A stretch of DNA of 32,000 bases from Synechococcus sp. A15-24 (GTDB lineage Bacteria > Cyanobacteriota > Cyanobacteriia > PCC-6307 > Cyanobiaceae). The translations under genes were made by a program, and so were the position numbers. Of this stretch, positions 1 through 7,814 are shown one piece after another. The number at the start of each line of letters is the position of its first letter. The stretch's first letter is position 1. The stretch spans positions 1,230,001 through 1,262,000 of the forward strand of contig NZ_CP047960.1 in the NCBI RefSeq assembly GCF_014280195.1, written 5' to 3'. The notes under the pieces are model-generated. The model saw nothing but the letters and a program-made list of their open reading frames with translations, was not told where the DNA came from and made no database searches.

Positions 1-1
1 T

Positions 2-178
2 AACGCAGGCGAGCGAGAACCCGATAACCCTGTTTTGAACCCAATGAAGAAACACACCGCACGGCGTGCCGCAAACTTGACTGCGCGCAAGAGCGCAACC
101 CCGAAGCACCCTCCTTCCAACCAGCTCAAAACCTCTCCCCAACTCATCAGCTGGGAAGAGGTCATCGGCAAGCGCTGA
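2..178 (+). CDS. 3' end of a basic hypothetical protein (open to the window edge), or a 44-aa ORF starting at ATG 44
   Basis: The frame is open from position 2 to TGA 176-178 (..MKKHTARRAANLTARKSATPKHPPSNQLKTSPQLISWEEVIGKR). No family recognised. Confidence 0.3.
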   Translation, partial: NAGEREPDNPVLNPMKKHTARRAANLTARKSATPKHPPSNQLKTSPQLISWEEVIGKR

Positions 179-190
179 ACCGAGCTGAAA

Positions 191-448
191 TCAGCGGCGG
201 GGTTCGGCCTGACGAACTGTGATCCCGCGTCCCATCCACTCGACGTCCTGCAGGTCGTCGATGGCGGACTTTTCATCCGCAGCATTGGCAAGGTCGACAA
301 AGGCAAAGCCACGCTTTCGGCCGGTCTCCCGATCCAAAGGCAGCGAACACTTGCTGACCTCGCCGTACTGGCTGAACAGATGAACGAGGTCTTCTCTCTC
401 AGCGTCCCAGGAGAGATTGCCAATGAAAATCGTCAAAAAAAAGGCCAA
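191..448 (-). CDS. RRM-type RNA-binding protein (cyanobacterial Rbp family)
   Basis: Single RRM with RNP2 IFIGNL and RNP1 RGFAFVDL. The track start is TTG 448. An in-frame TTG at 436 (MTIFIGNLS) is the more typical N-terminus. Confidence 0.9.
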   Translation of the reverse strand: MAFFLTIFIGNLSWDAEREDLVHLFSQYGEVSKCSLPLDRETGRKRGFAFVDLANAADEKSAIDDLQDVEWMGRGITVRQAEPRR

Positions 449-494
449 AACCGTACTAACTCACCATCGCATACAGCCGTACCTTGAATGCCAC

Positions 495-686
495 TCATCC
501 AGCAGGCTCAGTAGGCGGTGGCAGTGACAGAACGAATGTCAGCAGAGCTGAAGCAAGACGTGCGTCGCCCTCAAGTACTAAGAGACGGTGCACGTCCATC
601 GCTTGACCAAGGTCCGGCGTCGCCGATCCGTTGATCAGACCACGCGCTTTGCTGCGGGCGATCACGTGCTGGAGCGACATGGTCAT
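495..686 (-). CDS. hypothetical small protein (63 aa), uncertain
   Basis: This is the part of the 163-aa track ORF that lies outside the 463-bp repeat, with ATG at 684-686 (MTMSLQHVIARSKARGLINGSATPDLGQ..). No family recognised. Confidence 0.25.
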   Translation of the reverse strand: MTMSLQHVIARSKARGLINGSATPDLGQAMDVHRLLVLEGDARLASALLTFVLSLPPPTEPAG

Positions 687-766
687 GACTCCAAGCTGGC
701 TTATCTGAAACCAAAGCCCTTCAGGTCTTCCACATTGCAGCGGTATTGGGCCAAAACCAGGCATGG

Positions 767-1229
767 GCACGCCATTTCCAACATCGGTGGGCGCTGCCCC
801 AGAGGCAATGCGCCTTAACACCGATTGCCGGATGTGCTCCACGCGACCAACACTGTGGTCATCGAGATCGGAGGTGCCCATGACGGCCGACACTCCACCT
901 GAGCAACACCCAGAAGCTGCCTGACTGACTCGGCTCCTGCTCCAACAGTTTCCACACATCCGTAAGGCTCGTCCTTTGGCAGGCATTCCTTGAGCGCCAC
1001 GTCAATCGACACTCCATTGCACCGTCCTCAGGTGCCCAGGAGTCCACAAGCCTTCACAACTGGACCCCATGGCCCCAGGCGCCATCCAGCCAGACGCTTC
1101 GACCGTTTCTTCAGTCCCTTTGCTTGAGGTTCCAACTCACTGAAGCATTACTGATCAGGTCGATTGCTATGCACAAACGAGCGAGATAGGCCGTCCTTCC
1201 CATCCGGGAGGGGCGGCCTTCCCCTTGTT
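767..1229. repeat. 463-bp direct repeat, copy 1 (non-coding)
   Basis: Aligns without gaps to 4909-5371 (offset 4142) with only 5 mismatches. Ends in a GC-rich hairpin at 1189-1218. Confidence 0.95.
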
Positions 1230-1318
1230 GGGTGCATGGATCAAATCAATAGAAGGCCTGTTGTTTGGCGCTTTTCGATCCTTGGACTGTTCACCCTGGA
1301 TGTAGTTGCAGCGAAGCC

Positions 1319-1513
1319 ATGGGTGGATTGAGTGGCACCAAATCGGACGACTTCATCAACGCCGCCAAAGCACGTGCTGAGGCCGCCATTCAAGACAACC
1401 AGCCAAAGCTGACCAAACTGGAAAAGGCTTTCCGCCATGCCGCCCTGCGGCGCCGGGCCCAGGATGCCCGCAGGGCTGCTGACGACCATCGCGCCAAACC
1501 CAACACTCCATAA
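1319..1513 (+). CDS. hypothetical small protein (64 aa)
   Basis: ATG 1319 within track ORF 1265-1513 (MGGLSGTKSDDFINAAKARAEAAIQDNQPKLTKLEKAF..). Helical and charged, with G/C-rich third codon positions. Confidence 0.45.
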   Translation: MGGLSGTKSDDFINAAKARAEAAIQDNQPKLTKLEKAFRHAALRRRAQDARRAADDHRAKPNTP

Positions 1514-1604
1514 CAGATCAGAGCGACATCCGCAGGCCCTGAGCCCAATCCAGCGTGAACTCGAAACATAGTGTTACGGTTCGAAGGCTCTGTGTCCCCT
1601 GCGG

Positions 1605-2561
1605 ATGTTCACGCTCGACAAAGCTCGTCAGATCTTCCCAGACACGTTGAGCGCTGGTGCAGTCCCGGCCATCACAGCCCGCTTCAAGCTGCTGAGCGCA
1701 GAGGACCAGTTGGCACTTATCTGGTTTGCCTATCTGGAAATGGGGAAGACCATCACCGTGGCGGCACCGGGTGCGGCCCGCATGGCGCTGGCACAGCCGA
1801 CGATGGATGAAATTCTGGCGATGAGCTTTGACGAGCAGACCAAGGTGATGTGCGATTTGGCTTCCAAGATCAACAGCCCGATTTCGGCGCGCTACGCCTA
1901 CTGGTCGGTGAACGTGAAGCTGTGCTTCTGGTACGAGCTGGGCGAATTCATGCGCCAGGGCAAGGTGGCTCCGATTCCTCAGGGGTACAGGTTGTCCGCA
2001 AACGCCAACTCGGTGCTGGAGGCCGTCAAGAAAGTTGAGCAGGGCCAACAGATCACCCTGCTGCGCAACTTCGTGGTCGACATGGGCTACGACCCCGATG
2101 TGGACGACAGCCAGGTGGTCACCGAGCCGATCGTGGCTCCGACACCGGTTGATCAACGCGAGGAGATTCTGATCCCCGGCGTGCTGAATCAGACCATCCT
2201 CAGCTACATGCAGCTGCTCAATGCCAACGACTTTGATCAGCTGATCGATCTGTTTCTCAACGATGGTGCTCTGCAGCCCCCGTTCCAGCGTCCCATTGTC
2301 GGCCGCGACGCCATCCAGAAATTCTTCAAGCGGGATTGTCAGAACCTGAAGTTGATGCCCCAGGGCGGTTATGGCGAGCCGACCGAAGGTGGCTTCAATC
2401 AGATCAAGGTCACCGGCAAGGTGCAGACCCCCTGGTTCGGTCGTGAGGTGGGCATGAACGTGGCTTGGCGCTTCCTTCTGGATGAAAACGACAAAATCTA
2501 TTTCGTGGCCATCGACTTGCTGGCATCTCCAGCCGAGTTGCTCAAGCTGGGTGGCAAATGA
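1605..2561 (+). CDS. ocp: orange carotenoid protein (OCP)
   Basis: 318 aa, collinear with Synechocystis OCP: FPDTL.., LALIWFAYLEMGKTITVAAPGAA, YRLSANANSVLE. The NTF2-like C-domain shows GALQPPFQRPIVG, KVTGKVQTPWFG and FVAIDLLASP. Confidence 0.97.
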   Translation: MFTLDKARQIFPDTLSAGAVPAITARFKLLSAEDQLALIWFAYLEMGKTITVAAPGAARMALAQPTMDEILAMSFDEQTKVMCDLASKINSPISARYAYWSVNVKLCFWYELGEFMRQGKVAPIPQGYRLSANANSVLEAVKKVEQGQQITLLRNFVVDMGYDPDVDDSQVVTEPIVAPTPVDQREEILIPGVLNQTILSYMQLLNANDFDQLIDLFLNDGALQPPFQRPIVGRDAIQKFFKRDCQNLKLMPQGGYGEPTEGGFNQIKVTGKVQTPWFGREVGMNVAWRFLLDENDKIYFVAIDLLASPAELLKLGGK

Positions 2562-3285
2562 GTTCAGCCCTCAGGCCCGCAAAGGGTTGGTTCTGGCTGG
2601 TCTGATTGGATCCGCCTGGCTGCTCTCCCTGGGCCTGAGCTACACCCTGCCACTCGATCAGACGCCTGGGCTGTTGATTGGCAGCTTGATTCTGCTGAGG
2701 GCCTTTCTGCATACCGGGCTGTTCATCGTTGCCCACGATTCCATGCACGCCAGTCTTGTTCCGGGTCATCCCGGATTGAACAGCTGGATCGGCAAAGTTT
2801 GTTTAATGATGTATGCAGGCTTGTCTTATGAGCGTTGTTCCCGCAACCACATACGTCATCACCTGGCACCGGAAACGTTCCAGGATCCTGACTACCAATG
2901 TTGCACGAAAAACAACATCCTGGATTGGTATGTTCACTTTATGGGCAACTATCTGGGTGGCCAACAACTGTTGAATTTAAGTTTTCTTTGGCTGACACTT
3001 GTCATTCTCAACGGTTCTGATCTCCCTGTTCAGATCATGCATCTGCTGTTGTTCAGCGTTCTGCCACTGATCATCAGTTCCTGTCAATTGTTTCTAGTGG
3101 GAACCTGGTTACCCCACCGACGTGGGGCCACGACACGACCGGGCGTGACAACGCGCAGCCTGGCCTTGCATCCAGCACTATCTTTCGCAGCTTGTTACCA
3201 CTTTGGCTATCATCGCGAACATCATGAATCGCCTTCCACTCCCTGGTTTCAGCTGCCACAACTCCGAAGTGAATCATTCATTTGA
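2551..3285 (+). CDS. crtW: beta-carotene ketolase CrtW
   Basis: His boxes AHDSMH, HIRHH and HREHH, plus hydrophobic segments. The track ORF begins inside ocp. GTG 2551 (overlapping the ocp stop) is the first plausible start, so the exact start is uncertain. Confidence 0.9.
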   Translation: MANEFSPQARKGLVLAGLIGSAWLLSLGLSYTLPLDQTPGLLIGSLILLRAFLHTGLFIVAHDSMHASLVPGHPGLNSWIGKVCLMMYAGLSYERCSRNHIRHHLAPETFQDPDYQCCTKNNILDWYVHFMGNYLGGQQLLNLSFLWLTLVILNGSDLPVQIMHLLLFSVLPLIISSCQLFLVGTWLPHRRGATTRPGVTTRSLALHPALSFAACYHFGYHREHHESPSTPWFQLPQLRSESFI

Positions 3286-3330
3286 CCATTTCTGACCAAC
3301 GCTGATTTCCTCCTCACCGCTTTCCCCTTC

Positions 3331-3651
3331 ATGTCGGCAACAGACTGGACATCCGAAGAACAGGCCGTTGCCCGCACTGCCTTCGAACTTGGCAAACATC
3401 GTTCAATCACGGCTTTGATTTCAACTCTGCAGGAGCAATCCAGCAACCTTGATACACCGGAATCGGTCTGGAAGCTGCATGACCACCTCAGCACTGAGCG
3501 CTATCTGTATGAAGGGCGCGCTGAGTTTGACGAAGGTAATGTGTTGTTCGTGTTAGCCGACATGATCAAACAACGTTTGATCGCTTTGGATGATCTGCAA
3601 GGGTTGGATCAAACTAAAGTGATCAAAGTCAAAGCGATGTCGATGTTCTGA
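3331..3651 (+). CDS. frp: fluorescence recovery protein (FRP)
   Basis: 106 aa and helical. Matches the FRP pattern (W..EE...A...F, WKLHDHLS, EGRAEFDE) and sits in the canonical ocp-crtW-frp position. Confidence 0.9.
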   Translation: MSATDWTSEEQAVARTAFELGKHRSITALISTLQEQSSNLDTPESVWKLHDHLSTERYLYEGRAEFDEGNVLFVLADMIKQRLIALDDLQGLDQTKVIKVKAMSMF

Positions 3652-3689
3652 TCGACACGCAGAGATGTGATCAGAACCACCAGGCAACT

Positions 3690-4895
3690 TCAACGCAGTG
3701 AGCGTCCCTTCCAGGTCCACCCCTGACCGGTGAAGGTCCGCCAAACCGACACGGGCCCGATGGCGCCAACAATCAACCCTCCGGCCCCCATCAGCCACCA
3801 GTAATCGATGGGTAGTTGAAATTCCCGTCTGGTCCACAGACGCAGGATGAACTGCTGAAGAACTGCGACTGTGGCGGCAGCCAGCAGAGCCAGCCACCAC
3901 CGCTGAGCGATCGGGAGAACCAACAACAATCCAGTCGAAACTGGAATCAGCAACCAGGGCAGGCTGAACATCAGCACCACCACGCCAGCAGCAGCCAGTC
4001 CTTTGCCGGGATCGCGATCCAGTCCAAGGCACCAGTTTTTGGTCCAGCCTTCCCACAACGCGGCCAGATCGGCGTACATACGCAGATCAACGGCATCAAG
4101 ACCCAGCAGGTAGCGCAAGCGATAACCGCCCGTCTTGATCCTGCGCGCCAATGCCAGATCCTCCACCACCTCTGCCGCCAGAGCACGGTGCCCACCGATC
4201 CGCTCATAAACACTGCGGCGGATGAGCATGAACGGTCCCGCAGCAAAGGCAACGTCGGAGTCGGGATCATTGGCGGCCTCGATCGGAAAACCCAGCCCCA
4301 GCAGGCTGGCCATGATCGGTTGCACCATCCATTCGGCCAAGCAGCCACAGGTGAGTCGCGGCGCCAGGCTCAACAGATCCGCCTGATCCGCGATCGCCTG
4401 AGCCAGTGCTCGTGGGATGGCATCGGCTTGAAGCTGCACATCGGCATCGATGAACAGCACCCAGTCGCTGCGCACCTGCTCCATGGCCCGGGTGCACGCC
4501 CAGTTCTTGCCCACCCAGCGTTCAGAGGCCGGACGGGGACCTGCCGGCAGCACACTGAACCCCGCCGTGGACTGCGGGTGGCGGGCAGCACAGGCCACCG
4601 CCAGCTCCGCTGTGGCATCGGTTGAGTCGTCATCCACCACCAACACCTGCCACTCCACGCAGGGGGGCTGGCCCTTGAGCACGCTGGCCAGGCAAGCGCC
4701 GATGTTGCCGGCTTCGTTGTAGGCCGGAATCACCACCGTGAGGGAGGTCCGGGGCACAGGCGTGTCCGCCGCAGCCTGCAACTGCGGCGCCACTGCGAAC
4801 ACCCGCCAGAGACCGAGCTGCAGGATCAACAGGCCAATGCAGGAGGCCATGGCGGTGGCCAGCAACCCCAGCGCAACGATCACCAGTGGATCCAA
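3690..4895 (-). CDS. family 2 glycosyltransferase, membrane-anchored (CrtQ/HpnB-like architecture)
   Basis: 401 aa with an N-terminal TM helix. Motifs VVIPAYNE, VVDDDSTD, FIDAD and WVGKNWA, plus C-terminal TM helices. Confidence 0.9.
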   Translation of the reverse strand: MDPLVIVALGLLATAMASCIGLLILQLGLWRVFAVAPQLQAAADTPVPRTSLTVVIPAYNEAGNIGACLASVLKGQPPCVEWQVLVVDDDSTDATAELAVACAARHPQSTAGFSVLPAGPRPASERWVGKNWACTRAMEQVRSDWVLFIDADVQLQADAIPRALAQAIADQADLLSLAPRLTCGCLAEWMVQPIMASLLGLGFPIEAANDPDSDVAFAAGPFMLIRRSVYERIGGHRALAAEVVEDLALARRIKTGGYRLRYLLGLDAVDLRMYADLAALWEGWTKNWCLGLDRDPGKGLAAAGVVVLMFSLPWLLIPVSTGLLLVLPIAQRWWLALLAAATVAVLQQFILRLWTRREFQLPIDYWWLMGAGGLIVGAIGPVSVWRTFTGQGWTWKGRSLR

Positions 4896-4908
4896 AGGCT
4901 GTCGGCAA

Positions 4909-5371
4909 GCACGCCATTCCCAACATCGGTGGGCGCTGCCCCAGAGGCAATGCGCCTTAACACCGATTGCCGGATGTGCTCCACGCGACCAACACTGTGG
5001 TCATCGAGATCGGAGGTGCCCATGACGGCCGACACTCCACCTGAGCAACACCCAGAAGCTGCCTGACTGACTCGGCTCCTGCTCCAACAGTTTCCACCCA
5101 TCCGTAAGGCTCGTCCTTTGGCAGGCTTTCCTTGAGCGCCACGTCAATCGACACTCCATTGCACCGTCTTCAGGTGCCCAGGAGTCCACAAGCCTTCACA
5201 ACTGGACCCCATGGCCCCAGGCGCCATCCAGCCAGACGCTTCGACCGTTTCTTCAGTCCCTTTGCTTGAGGTTCCAACTCCCTGAAGCATTACTGATCAG
5301 GTCGATTGCTATGCACAAACGAGCGAGATAGGCCGTCCTTCCCATCCGGGAGGGGCGGCCTTCCCCTTGTT
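4909..5371. repeat. 463-bp direct repeat, copy 2 (non-coding)
   Basis: Same as 767-1229. Mismatches at 4919, 5098, 5127, 5169 and 5281. Hairpin at 5331-5360. Starts 13 nt from the GT2 start codon. Confidence 0.95.
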
Positions 5372-5575
5372 CATATGGTGCAATTAAGGTGTGGAGCTGA
5401 TGTTTACCGAACGCAATCAATGATTTGCCGGATTGCAGCGGCTCGCATATGTTTTCTGGGTGAAGAGAAGTGCAGGCGACAGATTCCACTAAGCGGTGCA
5501 TGCCTCGGCTGTCTGATTGCACCCTGATCGCTCCACGGCGTTGACTTCACGCAACCGTGATTCCGGAGACGAGCC

Positions 5576-5740
5576 ATGACATCAGCCTCTGTGGTGACCA
5601 CGCGCGATGGAGACACCGTGCGCATGTTTCAGGGCGTGGATGGACCGTTTTACCGCGCCTGCAACGGCAACCGCTGCGTGAACTGCCGAGATCTGGTGAT
5701 CGCCCTCGAGCATCTCAAGGTCTGGCGTCAGAAGCTCTGA
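5576..5740 (+). CDS. hypothetical small protein (54 aa)
   Basis: Below the track's 60-aa cutoff. ATG preceded by GGAG (MTSASVVTTRDGDTVRMFQGVDGPFYRACNGNRCVNCRDLVIALEHLKVWRQKL). G/C-rich third positions. The overlapping track ORF is Arg-rich and off-frame. Confidence 0.5.
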   Translation: MTSASVVTTRDGDTVRMFQGVDGPFYRACNGNRCVNCRDLVIALEHLKVWRQKL

Positions 5741-5769
5741 GCGGTCGCCCGTGAACGGGGGCTGACGGA

Positions 5770-6006
5770 TTACTTCTGGCGCTTAAAGGTGTAGCAACCA
5801 CCGTGGTAACCGGTGAAGGGCTGGGCATAGGTGGTGAGCTCCCAGCCCTGTTCCCCCAGCTCATTCATCAACCCCACCAAGGTCACATCACGCTGGGGGT
5901 GGCTGCGGGAAATGATCTGACGATCATCCAGCCACAACTCTTCGATCTCACCGGTCCACGACTTACCGCGGGGCACAAAGCGGAGCTGGGTGTATTCCCA
6001 CTTCAT
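5770..6006 (-). CDS. DUF4177-like small protein
   Basis: Internal ATG 6004-6006 of the track ORF. Shows the MKWEYTQL.. start, ..LMNELGEQGWELT.. and ..FKRQK, the pattern typical of DUF4177. Confidence 0.7.
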   Translation of the reverse strand: MKWEYTQLRFVPRGKSWTGEIEELWLDDRQIISRSHPQRDVTLVGLMNELGEQGWELTTYAQPFTGYHGGCYTFKRQK

Positions 6007-6029
6007 CGCGGACCGGTAGGGGCAGTGGA

Positions 6030-6281
6030 TCAAAGCACGCCGAGTGGGCTCTTCTTCTTCTTGCAGTAGCCAGCGCCGATGTTCATCCAACCGGCCTTGC
6101 AGGCCTGGCCATTGGTGGGAGCTACCTCGTAATACACCGGAGACACACAGGTGGTACCGAGGGTGTTGACGTAGCCAGCAGGGCACTGATCAAAACCGGG
6201 GGCCTTGGGGATCTCCTTCTGCGCCAGGGCAGCGGAAGGAGCCACCAACAAAGGAAGCAGGGCGAGAAGAACGGAGCGCAT
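6030..6281 (-). CDS. secreted Cys-rich small protein
   Basis: ATG 6279-6281. Signal peptide MRSVLLALLPLLVAPSAALA, then 4 Cys and a KKKK tail. Confidence 0.65.
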   Translation of the reverse strand: MRSVLLALLPLLVAPSAALAQKEIPKAPGFDQCPAGYVNTLGTTCVSPVYYEVAPTNGQACKAGWMNIGAGYCKKKKSPLGVL

Positions 6282-6399
6282 CAGGCGAAAGCGGCAAGAG
6301 CACCCAACGGTTTTAGGCAAATCCGCAGCAATCGACAGCCCTTCGCACGACAATTGTGCAAAGGATCCGACAGAGTGCCGGCACTTTAGGCTCCTACCC

Positions 6400-6702
6400 A
6401 TGACCACTCCCAGCCGCGATCAGGTGCTGGCATCCTCCGCCGGTTGGGTGGCCGTGCTGCTCAACGTGGTGCCCGGACTCGGGGCCGGCTACCTCTACCA
6501 GCGCCGCTGGCGGGCCTACTGGATCACCTCGGCTGTGGCCACCGCCTGGTTCGTGGCAGGTGCCGTGCTGGCTCAGGATGCGGACGCTGCTGCCGAAGCG
6601 CAGAACCAACTGGTGGGGTTGATCGGCCTGCTGGTGCTGGCGGGGGTGACCGCCACCGAAGCCGGCCTAACACTGAAGCAGGTGCGTCAGTCACTCTCCT
6701 GA
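6400..6702 (+). CDS. small integral membrane protein (100 aa)
   Basis: ATG 6400 in frame with track ORF 6205-6702. Several hydrophobic helices, including GLGAGYLYQRRW. Confidence 0.7.
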   Translation: MTTPSRDQVLASSAGWVAVLLNVVPGLGAGYLYQRRWRAYWITSAVATAWFVAGAVLAQDADAAAEAQNQLVGLIGLLVLAGVTATEAGLTLKQVRQSLS

Positions 6703-6710
6703 TCTGAGGG

Positions 6711-6875
6711 TTACTCAGGCAGGCGTTCAACTGCGACGTGCATGAAGCGCTTGACCATGGCGATCGGCCAGCCTTCACGCTGCAGCTCCTCAGCGATCTG
6801 ATTGATCTGATTGGCAATCTCCTCAGCCACCAGCTCCTCAAGCAGGTGGTTTGAGTGCTGGGTGGATGCGGTCAT
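6711..6875 (-). CDS. hypothetical small protein (54 aa)
   Basis: Sub-cutoff ORF (MTASTQHSNHLLEELVAEEIANQINQIAEELQREGWPIAMVKRFMHVAVERLPE). Protein-like composition, unlike the overlapping Arg/Ser-rich 105-aa track ORF. Confidence 0.5.
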   Translation of the reverse strand: MTASTQHSNHLLEELVAEEIANQINQIAEELQREGWPIAMVKRFMHVAVERLPE

Positions 6876-6989
6876 GGCAAGCGTGATCTTCTACGGGGCT
6901 AACCCATCACTGCCGAGCGGCGCCACTGCAGCATCCGTGACGGATGCCATCACTGTGAAGACGTACGGTCTCTTCACTATTGAGATGCC

Positions 6990-7286
6990 ATGGAGAGGAT
7001 GGTCTGGGCAATGGTGCTGATGGTTGGTCCAGCAGCGGCCCTGGCGGAAGCCAGGTTTGAGTGGACGGAGACCACCAGCAAGGAATGCAGGGCCTACTTC
7101 CAGCAGGCCTACATCGACCAGGCCCGTGCACTGCCGCCGAAAGGCATGGGACGTGACTACTGCGGTTGCGTGAAGGACGCACTGGCCACCAACCCAGCCG
7201 CGGCGGATGTCACCCAGATGTGTTCACTGATGGTGAATTCCAGATTTCAAACAGCATCACAACAGGTAAACACCTCAGACAACTGA
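6990..7286 (+). CDS. secreted hypothetical protein
   Basis: 98 aa with an N-terminal signal-like segment (MVWAMVLMVGPAAALA) and 4 Cys. Confidence 0.65.
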   Translation: MERMVWAMVLMVGPAAALAEARFEWTETTSKECRAYFQQAYIDQARALPPKGMGRDYCGCVKDALATNPAAADVTQMCSLMVNSRFQTASQQVNTSDN

Positions 7287-7299
7287 GCTGGCATTCGAC

Positions 7300-7506
7300 T
7301 CACGGATTGGGATAACACAGGCAGCCAATCTGAAGCGGTGTCTGATCACGATCAACCCAGCCCAATCCGTTTCCACAGTTCCATTCACGACGATCAACCT
7401 TGTGAATGCCTGAGCTGCCGCAATCTGCGTGCTGCAATTCAACGCAACGCTGTTGCACAGCCACTGCAGTTGCGGCGGCGTTGAACCGTTGGCAGGGTGA
7501 AGGCAT
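7300..7506 (-). CDS. hypothetical Cys-rich small protein (68 aa), uncertain
   Basis: ATG 7504-7506 preceded by GAGGAG, with 6 Cys. Its start overlaps the start of the opposite-strand candidate 7505-7666, so at most one of the two is likely real. Confidence 0.3.
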   Translation of the reverse strand: MPSPCQRFNAAATAVAVQQRCVELQHADCGSSGIHKVDRREWNCGNGLGWVDRDQTPLQIGCLCYPNP

Positions 7507-7666
7507 GAAGCACTCCTCTCTGCTGCAGCGACTCGGCACCTATCTGCTGGGGTTGGTGGACGAATACTGGGCCATGAGGCGACCCTGGCAGTACGGCAAC
7601 AAACAGCCCCAGTGCGGCTTGCAATGCGATGGCGATCATTGCCAGCGCAGCGACGAAGCTATTTGA
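7505..7666 (+). CDS. hypothetical small protein (53 aa), uncertain
   Basis: MKHSSLLQRLGTYLLGLVDEYWAMRRPWQYGNKQPQCGLQCDGDHCQRSDEAI. Strongly G/C-biased third positions. Conflicts with 7300-7506. Confidence 0.35.
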   Translation: MKHSSLLQRLGTYLLGLVDEYWAMRRPWQYGNKQPQCGLQCDGDHCQRSDEAI

Positions 7667-7670
7667 ATCG

Positions 7671-7718
7671 CAAGAACAGAAAAAGGAAGGCGGCCGCTGG
7701 TGTGAGAGGGCGGCCGCC
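7671..7718 (-). terminator. GC-rich hairpin followed by a U-rich tract on the minus strand
   Basis: 9-bp stem GGCGGCCGC (7689-7697) pairs with GCGGCCGCC (7710-7718). On the minus strand it is followed by TTCCTTTTTCTGTTCTTG. No obvious upstream minus-strand gene. Confidence 0.4.
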
Positions 7719-7814
7719 AGAGAGCCAACTTCCCGATCAGCTCCACGCATGTTTTAACCGCGGCTTAAAGCAGCAGCTGTTGGAATGGATACACCGTCGC
7801 TCCATCGAAGCTGC

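Noticed and set aside
495-986. 163-aa ORF running from inside repeat copy 1 into unique sequence, with counterpart 4880-5101 in copy 2
   Set aside because: The repeat-internal part is shared with copy 2, but there it continues into unrelated sequence and stops quickly. The composition is Ser/Arg/Cys-rich. Only the unique 63-aa tail is kept, as a low-confidence CDS.
767-1229. Identity of the 463-bp repeat as tmRNA (including the permuted two-piece form), RNase P RNA, a TPP or cobalamin riboswitch, a group II intron remnant, or an IS/MITE
   Set aside because: I found none of the expected landmarks: no T-arm with a CCA-type 3' end and no tag ORF, no RNase P CR-I/IV/V blocks, and no CUGAGA or B12-box in the right order. 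A domain-V-like hairpin with a GNRA loop, terminal inverted repeats and a transposase are also missing. The resemblance of ACCTGATCAGTAATGC to the thi-box is partial only. The element remains unassigned.
3553-4950. Multiple ORFs overlapping the GT2 gene on both strands (3816-4625 +, 3553-4056 -, 3971-4348 -, 4630-4950 -)
   Set aside because: They are off-frame or antisense to a GT2 ORF with clear motifs, and their composition is not protein-like.
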